The position numbers and the translations under genes are program-made. Positions 57,549 to 64,000 of a stretch of DNA of 64,000 nucleotides are shown here, piece after piece (the stretch's first letter is position 1; each line of letters starts with the position of its first letter). Origin of the DNA: Candidatus Marinacidobacterales bacterium (lineage in GTDB: Bacteria; Acidobacteriota; Vicinamibacteria; Marinacidobacterales; SMYC01); assembly GCA_965237955.1 (NCBI GenBank), contig OZ250169.1, forward strand, positions 4,544,001 to 4,608,000, read 5' to 3'. A model generated the notes under the pieces. It was not told the DNA's origin, did no database searches, and was given only the letters and a program-made list of their open reading frames with translations.

Positions 57549-59315
57549 TTACCGTTGCTGAACTCGTTCTTTTTCACTTGGGTTGTATACCCATTGAATG
57601 CCCAGTTCATCTGACGAGAAGTCATCCGATATAGGCATACCGTGACCTACATTGTCACCTTTCGGCATCGGGATGGTGCCCGACGACTCCAGGCCGATGT
57701 ATTTGAACTGGCTAAAGGAGGCCTTTTTTACTTTTCTGGTAGAGCGGTCGTGTGCTCGAGCCGCAAAGAGTCGGATCGTGTGATTGCTGGATCTGATACC
57801 GTTCTGAAACGTCGTCCAATGTTCTCCATCATCACTAGAATAGAAGGAGAGGTCCCCGCGGTCGTTTCTTATTTTCAAGTAAACACTACCTTTGGTCTTT
57901 ACCGGCACATCGTTGCTGCGACCGCCCCAGGCTACGGAGCGCATGGCATAAGAGGCGGAGGACATGTCCCCTTTGGTGTAGCTTACTTTTTCTCCGTCCG
58001 TCTTGAGTCCCTCATGGTTGCCAAATGTCAAGCCTGCCAAGACTCCTTCCGGGCATTCGATCTTTACCGTCGCTTCGAAACTCTTGTTGGTAGCCACGAC
58101 TGATATAGAGCTCGCATTCTTGCTGTTCTCTCCTCTGGCTTCCAGCAAAAGTTTACCGTTGCGGACTTGAACTCGTTCTTTTTCACTTGGATTGTATACC
58201 CATTGAATGCCCAGTTCGTCTGACGAGAAGTCATCCGATAAAGGCATACCGTGCCCGACGTTTTCTCCTTTGGGCATCGGGATGGTATCCCAGGATTTCA
58301 ACCCGTCTTTGATCACCGGCCATCCATCCGAAGTCCACGCAACAGGCATCAACAACGTTTGTCTGCCCAAGCCGCCGCCCTCGCCACTCGTGGCATGATA
58401 AACGGTCCACCATGATCCGTCTGCTGCCTCGAGGACGGTTGCATGGCCCTGGCGCCACCACTTTTCTGAATGGGAATAGGTATGAACCAAGGGATTATGG
58501 GGTGAATCAGTCCATGGCCCTGTCGGCGACACCGAACGAGCGACGACCGCCATGTGAGCCGTTGACGGTCCACCCGTTCCGCCCATTGCAGTTACCAAAT
58601 AGTAAAAGCCGCTCTTGAAAAATAGTTTGGGACTCTCTAAACCTTTGGCTTCCACAATCCAATCTTTGGGATATTTCCAGCCGTCGTATACAAGTTCTGG
58701 AGGAGCCGTGACTCTCAACCCATCGTCGGAAAGCGCCATCACGAAGCCAACGTCAGTATGAAGATACTTCTTACCTTCTGGCGTTTGAATCAATCCGGGG
58801 TCATTGCCAACGTAAAGATCATCCTCGATAGGGTCTCTATCGACTCGGATGGGCTCGCTCCAGGGTCCTTCCGGCTTTTCGGAGTTGATTACGAAATTTG
58901 CCCTATTAGGTGGTGCAAGCTCCGCTGCTTTGCCCGGCCAGGAACCAGCCGGCATATAAATATGGAACTTTCCGTTGAAGTACTGTAAGTCAATAGCCAA
59001 AATGCCATCCAGGTCGTCAAAACTATGCCTGACGATGGGTCTCCAGTTGACCAGATCACGCGAATGCCACAACATGACTCCAATCCGGCGGGTAAAGGCC
59101 ATGTAATAGTCTTCCCCGACTCTGACGATGGTCGGGTCGGCGTAATCACCCGCCATGATAGGATTTTGGTAATATCCGTTGCCGAGATCTGCACTGGGCT
59201 GGTTCTCCGCCTTGACCCGTTGAGCTCGCTTCTGTGCTTCTTCCGTACGTGGTTGAGAATTCAAACTCCCAGCCAAGACAAGTATGGATAAGGTTGAAAC
59301 AACGACATTCTTCAT
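57549..59315 (-). CDS. Glycoside hydrolase family 43 (xylosidase/arabinofuranosidase-like), secreted
   Basis: YADPTIVRVG, SRDLVNW, DPG, LESPK, QGHAT, GRQT, SDDF; signal peptide. Confidence 0.92.
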   Translation of the reverse strand: MKNVVVSTLSILVLAGSLNSQPRTEEAQKRAQRVKAENQPSADLGNGYYQNPIMAGDYADPTIVRVGEDYYMAFTRRIGVMLWHSRDLVNWRPIVRHSFDDLDGILAIDLQYFNGKFHIYMPAGSWPGKAAELAPPNRANFVINSEKPEGPWSEPIRVDRDPIEDDLYVGNDPGLIQTPEGKKYLHTDVGFVMALSDDGLRVTAPPELVYDGWKYPKDWIVEAKGLESPKLFFKSGFYYLVTAMGGTGGPSTAHMAVVARSVSPTGPWTDSPHNPLVHTYSHSEKWWRQGHATVLEAADGSWWTVYHATSGEGGGLGRQTLLMPVAWTSDGWPVIKDGLKSWDTIPMPKGENVGHGMPLSDDFSSDELGIQWVYNPSEKERVQVRNGKLLLEARGENSKNASSISVVATNKSFEATVKIECPEGVLAGLTFGNHEGLKTDGEKVSYTKGDMSSASYAMRSVAWGGRSNDVPVKTKGSVYLKIRNDRGDLSFYSSDDGEHWTTFQNGIRSSNHTIRLFAARAHDRSTRKVKKASFSQFKYIGLESSGTIPMPKGDNVGHGMPISDDFSSDELGIQWVYNPSEKERVQQR

Positions 59316-59457
59316 CTTCGTGCTCCATCGCAGGCTGAAGACGCCTGACATTCGTGGCCGTCGGCTCCCGATCGTTCTTAGTTTCGCAAGGGGCTCGGCT
59401 CCATAGCTCGGGCAACCGGCGTTCGAATTTTTTCTGATGCGCCGGTCGAGGTCGCGG

Positions 59458-62400
59458 TCACGGCCGCTTCAGCAAATCCTCCAGCTCGTAAACCTCTCCG
59501 TTCTTGATCACCGTCCGGACTCGCCGGGCGTTCCGGATATCCTCGAGCGGGTTGCCGTCCACGATGACGATGTCGGCCAGTTTTCCGGCTTCGATGCTTC
59601 CCAGGTCTTCGCCAGCACCCAGTGCCTCGGCGGCATGGAGGCTCACCGTCTGGAGGGCCTGATAGGGACTGAGCCCCGCGTCAACCAAACGTTGGAGCTC
59701 CGTATGGAGGCCAACGGCATAGGGAATAAAGTCGGTTCCACCGAGGATGCGGCCCCCGGCCTCGTGGATGTCGTTCACGATGCTCACCAGCCGCTCGAGA
59801 AAGGCCTCCTCGGAAGCCCTGTCGTTCCGGACCCGCTCCATCGCGGCTTTGGTCGACTCGATGACCGGGGAAGGAAAGAGATCCATGCGTTGGTCCTCGA
59901 TGAGCGCCGGCTCGCGCACCGCCGCCAGGGGGAAGGACCAGATCGCCACGGTGGGGGTGATGGTCATTCCCGAGCGGGCGAGAAGCTCGGTCATGTCCTG
60001 GTAGGTCCGGTAGGTAAGAGTCGTCTTGGGCGAGTAGCCGCGCCGGCTCGTGCCGCGGTAGTGCTCGGTCCCGTCGGTGCCATAAGCAACGGCGGGATAG
60101 AGCTCGTGCGAGGTGACCGGAATTCCCATCTGGTGGGCGCGCTCTACGACTCGCTTCTGGACGGGATCGGAAAGCCGCACGTAGGTCTTGATGAAATCGT
60201 ACTCGAGCTTTCGGGCCACTTCCAGCTCCGCTTCCACCTGCGCTCCGGCGTCCACAGACAACATGCCCGCAGAGTGCGTCCGCGACCCATCGAAGGCTGG
60301 GCCAGTGAAAAACTCGCGGGGGCCGATGCGCTTGCCGGAGGAGATGGACTCGAGGCGCTCTCGTGCCTCGTAGGCGTTGGACACAGGCTCCCTCACCGTG
60401 GTGACGCCGTAGGACAGCCAGATGCGGCCGAGGACCTCCCCGAAACCGGCCCTCTGGTGGGTGTGCATATCGATGAGCCCGGGAATCGCCGTTCCCTGAG
60501 CGACGTCCACGACCCTCCCGGAGTGAAGCTCCGACCGGTGGGGCGCGACCTCTCGCACACGGTGACCATCAATAATAATGTCCACGTTGCGGCGCGGAGA
60601 ATCGGAGCGGCCGTCGAGAAGCCGGCCGGCATGAACCACGAGACGATCAGTGGGAAGCTTCCGCTCCCAGGTAAGCTCGAGCGGGATGGTGTCCACTCGA
60701 CCGTCGTCGAGGGAGACGCGCTGCAGGCGGTCCGCGGCCATGAAGAGAATCGCTCGTGAGTTTCCCGTCCAAGAGATCGCAGCGGGCCGCTCGTTCGCGA
60801 ATCGCCGCGGCGGTCCGATGGGCTCACCGGCTTTGCTCACCGGGACGACCCACAGGGCTCCATCACTCGCGAAGGCCATCTTGCTTCCATCGGGAGACCA
60901 CACCGGGCCGTCGGTCCCTCTCGATCCGATCGAGCGGTGGGGAAAAGGCGTCACTCTGCGATCGGGAGAACCATCACGGGCGATGAGGAGGATATCGTTG
61001 CGGCCTTCGCGATAGCGCGAGGAGTACCGGTTGAGGGCGGAGACCGCGACGATGGTCCCGTCGGGAGACCAGGTTGCCCGCCCCGCCGGCCCGAAGAGCC
61101 GAGCGTGGAGCTCTTCCACCTCTCCGGAGGTGACGTCGACGACGTTGAGTGCGTCTCGGCCCCCGGAGAAGGCGACGAGGGAGCCGTCGGGGGACCAGAC
61201 CGGAAAGGTCTCGGCGCCGGGGCGGTCGGTAAGCTGTCGGTCCTCGCCGGTGCGGAGGTTCCTGATCCAAAGGTCCATCGTCCCGGCGCGATCGCAAGCG
61301 TAAACCAGCCGCTCCCCGTCCGACGACCAGGAGGGATGGAGCTCGAGGAAAACATCCTCGGTGAGTCGCTCCGGCTTCCCGCCGATGGTAAGGAGCCAGA
61401 GATCACCGAGAGCGACGAATGCGATGTGATTGCCGTCGGGAGAGACAGCCGGCGTGACGATGCCCAGCACCGGTTTGGGATCGGTGGAATCGAAGTCCCT
61501 TCGCCGTCTTTGATAGATGTGTCTTTCCAATGTCACCGTGGCTTGGAACGCCACGATCTCGGAATCGCTCAGATCCACCGAACGGCGTTTGATCTTGCCA
61601 TCGGCGGTGTAGAGAAACTCGGTTGGCGAAAGCCATGAGGCCCGTAGAGGGAAGACATCCTCGTCGGGGAGAGTGACGCGTCGGGGTTTGCTCGCAGATG
61701 ACGACGATCCGCTCCCTCTCACGTCCACCAGAAGAAGGCGGCTTTCGAGTCCTTCGATCTCGTTGAAAAGGAGCATGGTCCCGTCGGGGCTCCATGACGG
61801 AGCCGAGGGGTCGCCGGTGAGCCGGGCAACCGTCCACTGCTTGCCATCGCGGAGGAGGACCCGCACCGAGCGGGCCGACTCCTGTTCGGAGGCGTAAGCG
61901 ATCCTCCGGCCGTCCGGCGACCATGCGGGCGAGAACTCGTTTCCGGCGCCGGTCGTGAGCCGGTGGAGTCGACCCGTCTCCAACTCCAGCTCCCAGAGGT
62001 CGTAGCTGCCTTCCCGGTCGGAGGAGAAAACGATCTTGGAGCCGTCGCTGGACCAGTGAGGCTCGCGGTCATCGAAAGGGCCGAAGGTAAGCTGGCTCAG
62101 ATCGGTTCCCTCGGCCGAGACGGTCCATAAATGCCAGTTCCCGTCGCGGTAGGATTGGAAGGCAATCCGCTTGCCGTCGGGGGAGAAGGCCGGCTGGCGA
62201 GCATCTCCCAAGGCGTCGGTCAATGCTTTTGCGGTACCTCCCGTGATCGGCAGCCGCCAGATCGTTCCCTGAAGATCGATGACGATGATGCCCCCGTCCG
62301 GGGAGACGGCGGCCGCGAGGTCGGTTCCCTCTTCCAGGGTGACCTCGACCTGCTCGACGGCCAAACTCGATTCTCCCTGGCCGGAACTTCTTGCGGGAGC

Positions 62401-62466
62401 GAAGAGGCAGACAATGGCGCCGAGACAAAAACAGTGGGTAAGCGAAAGCTGATTTGCGTTGTGCAC
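59458..62466 (-). CDS. PD40/TolB-repeat amidohydrolase family protein
   Basis: Many WSPDG repeats; IPGLIDMHTH; GGTD; GSIEAGKLADIVIVDGNPL. Confidence 0.92.
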   Translation of the reverse strand: MHNANQLSLTHCFCLGAIVCLFAPARSSGQGESSLAVEQVEVTLEEGTDLAAAVSPDGGIIVIDLQGTIWRLPITGGTAKALTDALGDARQPAFSPDGKRIAFQSYRDGNWHLWTVSAEGTDLSQLTFGPFDDREPHWSSDGSKIVFSSDREGSYDLWELELETGRLHRLTTGAGNEFSPAWSPDGRRIAYASEQESARSVRVLLRDGKQWTVARLTGDPSAPSWSPDGTMLLFNEIEGLESRLLLVDVRGSGSSSSASKPRRVTLPDEDVFPLRASWLSPTEFLYTADGKIKRRSVDLSDSEIVAFQATVTLERHIYQRRRRDFDSTDPKPVLGIVTPAVSPDGNHIAFVALGDLWLLTIGGKPERLTEDVFLELHPSWSSDGERLVYACDRAGTMDLWIRNLRTGEDRQLTDRPGAETFPVWSPDGSLVAFSGGRDALNVVDVTSGEVEELHARLFGPAGRATWSPDGTIVAVSALNRYSSRYREGRNDILLIARDGSPDRRVTPFPHRSIGSRGTDGPVWSPDGSKMAFASDGALWVVPVSKAGEPIGPPRRFANERPAAISWTGNSRAILFMAADRLQRVSLDDGRVDTIPLELTWERKLPTDRLVVHAGRLLDGRSDSPRRNVDIIIDGHRVREVAPHRSELHSGRVVDVAQGTAIPGLIDMHTHQRAGFGEVLGRIWLSYGVTTVREPVSNAYEARERLESISSGKRIGPREFFTGPAFDGSRTHSAGMLSVDAGAQVEAELEVARKLEYDFIKTYVRLSDPVQKRVVERAHQMGIPVTSHELYPAVAYGTDGTEHYRGTSRRGYSPKTTLTYRTYQDMTELLARSGMTITPTVAIWSFPLAAVREPALIEDQRMDLFPSPVIESTKAAMERVRNDRASEEAFLERLVSIVNDIHEAGGRILGGTDFIPYAVGLHTELQRLVDAGLSPYQALQTVSLHAAEALGAGEDLGSIEAGKLADIVIVDGNPLEDIRNARRVRTVIKNGEVYELEDLLKRP

Positions 62467-62632
62467 GGGATCCTTCCCCGGGATGACTGTCGTTACCTAA
62501 GAGATACGAGAGTTCGAAATCGGGAATGTTAGTCGGATTGCTCTCCGACAAGCAAGTCAGTACGAATGTCATGTTTGCACATGATGCCGGTTCCTAATCG
62601 AAGACGGACCGTCCAGTGCTCGCTGTCTCTGT

Positions 62633-63826
62633 TTAGAGAGTCTTCACCAAAACGAACTTCTGGAGGCGCCGTTGCATGTGCACCTCACCGGTGTAGATGT
62701 TGCCCCGGGAGTCCACTGCCATCTTGTGCAGCCAATGGAATTCACCGGCGCCGCGGCCGCGGCGGCCGAAGGAATCGAGAATCTCCATGTCGTCTCGTCG
62801 CAGGATCCAGACCCGCTGGTTGGTTCCATCGGCGACATAGAGAAAGGTCTGCTCCTCATCCGGTGAAAGCTCAATATCCCACACCGTTCCGCTCCGGGTC
62901 TCCTTAGCGATGAACACTTCTTTCACGAAGGTGCCGTCTTTTCGGAAGATCTGAATACGGTTGTTCCCGCGATCCGCTATGTATACGAGCCCGTCTTTCG
63001 AGATTCGAATCCCGTGCACACTCTCGCCGAACTGCTGCGACACCGGAGCGTCCGGATCGTAGCGTTCTTGCGGGGCATCGTCCGGCACGTTTCCGTAGGC
63101 TCCCCAGTGCCGCTTGTATTCCCCCGTATCCGCATCGAACACGATCACGCGCTTGTTCAGGTAGCCGTCGGTAACGTAGACTTCGTTCGTCTCGGGGTCG
63201 ACTTCGATGTCGGCGGGGTGTCCCAGAAACTTCGTATTGTTGCTTCCGCGGGTCTTGCCAGCCTCTCCGATCTGGAGGAGGAACGTGCCATCACTGCTGA
63301 ACTTCAGCACCATGTGGTCTCGGCACCGTGGGTTGGCCTCCCCGTGCACGCGGTGGTCAAGTAAGGTCTCTGGGTCGCCGATGCCTTCTCCGCCCAGCCA
63401 GACGTTGTCGTTATGGTCGACGAACATTCCGTGCTCGGTGCCGGGCCAATCGTAGCCGGGCTCCGGACCACCCCATGAGTCCAGGAGATTGCCTTCCGCA
63501 TCGAACACCAGGACCGGTGGAGCCGGCTTGCAACACATCGATAGGGGCGGATCTTGCGCCAAGCCCAGCTCGCCCGGAGTCAGGCTCCCCGGACGCTGAA
63601 GGACCAAGATACGATCCTCCGAGTCGACCGCCATCCCGGCAATCCGTCCAATGAGCCAGTCGCTGGGGAGCGGCTTCGGCCAGAAGGGATCGACTCTGAA
63701 CTGCGGTGTGCTCGTCCCCTCATCACCGGCAGCCGGCGCCTCCTCCATCGCCGCCTGTCCACATCCCATGGCCGCTATGCATAGGACAGTTGCTGCGGCT
63801 CGATAAAGAACTAGCGCGAATTTCAT
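62633..63826 (-). CDS. NHL-repeat beta-propeller lipoprotein (peptidyl-alpha-hydroxyglycine lyase-like)
   Basis: AMGC lipobox; VDPFWPKPLP, HGMFVD, VTDGY-N-RV, ADRGNNRIQ; ATG 63826 after GAGG. Confidence 0.88.
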   Translation of the reverse strand: MKFALVLYRAAATVLCIAAMGCGQAAMEEAPAAGDEGTSTPQFRVDPFWPKPLPSDWLIGRIAGMAVDSEDRILVLQRPGSLTPGELGLAQDPPLSMCCKPAPPVLVFDAEGNLLDSWGGPEPGYDWPGTEHGMFVDHNDNVWLGGEGIGDPETLLDHRVHGEANPRCRDHMVLKFSSDGTFLLQIGEAGKTRGSNNTKFLGHPADIEVDPETNEVYVTDGYLNKRVIVFDADTGEYKRHWGAYGNVPDDAPQERYDPDAPVSQQFGESVHGIRISKDGLVYIADRGNNRIQIFRKDGTFVKEVFIAKETRSGTVWDIELSPDEEQTFLYVADGTNQRVWILRRDDMEILDSFGRRGRGAGEFHWLHKMAVDSRGNIYTGEVHMQRRLQKFVLVKTL

Positions 63827-64000
63827 GATTACCTCTTGATGACCGATCGGCCGTTCATATCGGTCGACCCCATGGCCCGGCGGATGGTGTGGGTGAGATG
63901 AAGACTTTAGGCAAGGGCCTCTCACGCCGATTCGGCGGTTGTCTATCTGCCCCAGTCGGTCGATGCGATCCGATTCGCAGTCGTATCGTAAATCGTACTC

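Larger units (their letters stand above)
55627..57690 (-). pseudogene. Tandem duplicate of the GH43 C-terminal beta-sandwich domain, frameshifted and split by IS256
   Basis: 57473-57690 plus 55627-56027 closely match 57690-58290. Confidence 0.88.

Noticed and set aside
59437-60759. Long antisense ORFs (also 6114-7349, 7805-8740, 15718-17013)
   Set aside because: Shadow frames of GC-rich genes with clear motifs on the opposite strand

Overview
GC-rich bacterial chromosome segment; gene content and style suggest Acidobacteriota/Vicinamibacteria, which is an inference. 1-9.1 kb is housekeeping: TolB-like protein, histidine phosphatase, Maf, MocA-like NTase, DciA, thiolase, 3-hydroxybutyryl-CoA dehydrogenase and recA. 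A hicB-hicA pair follows, with the toxin gene broken by a 133-bp MITE, an IS3 and a frameshift. tRNA-Phe(GAA) at 11187-11262 anchors three tandem cassettes with no recognisable integrase (to 28565). Each ends in the same ~170-190 bp att-like module: ACTTTGCCC doublet, helically phased inverted 10-bp repeats, then the tRNA 3' half. Cargo is an AlgI/AlgX-J O-acetylation operon, an atypical GH32, and a TonB-C/SH3 protein. The rest holds catabolic, secreted and signalling genes and a 7.6-kb pile of IS elements (IS3, IS256, IS3-like, IS200 end, IS21). The window is heavily decayed. Two genes carry clean internal micro-inversions (61 and 278 bp) with the same 2-nt junction duplication. One frameshift is a 22-bp IS-end scar, and one IS21 copy has a perfected palindrome. 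All calls are from reading the sequence; no database searches were run.
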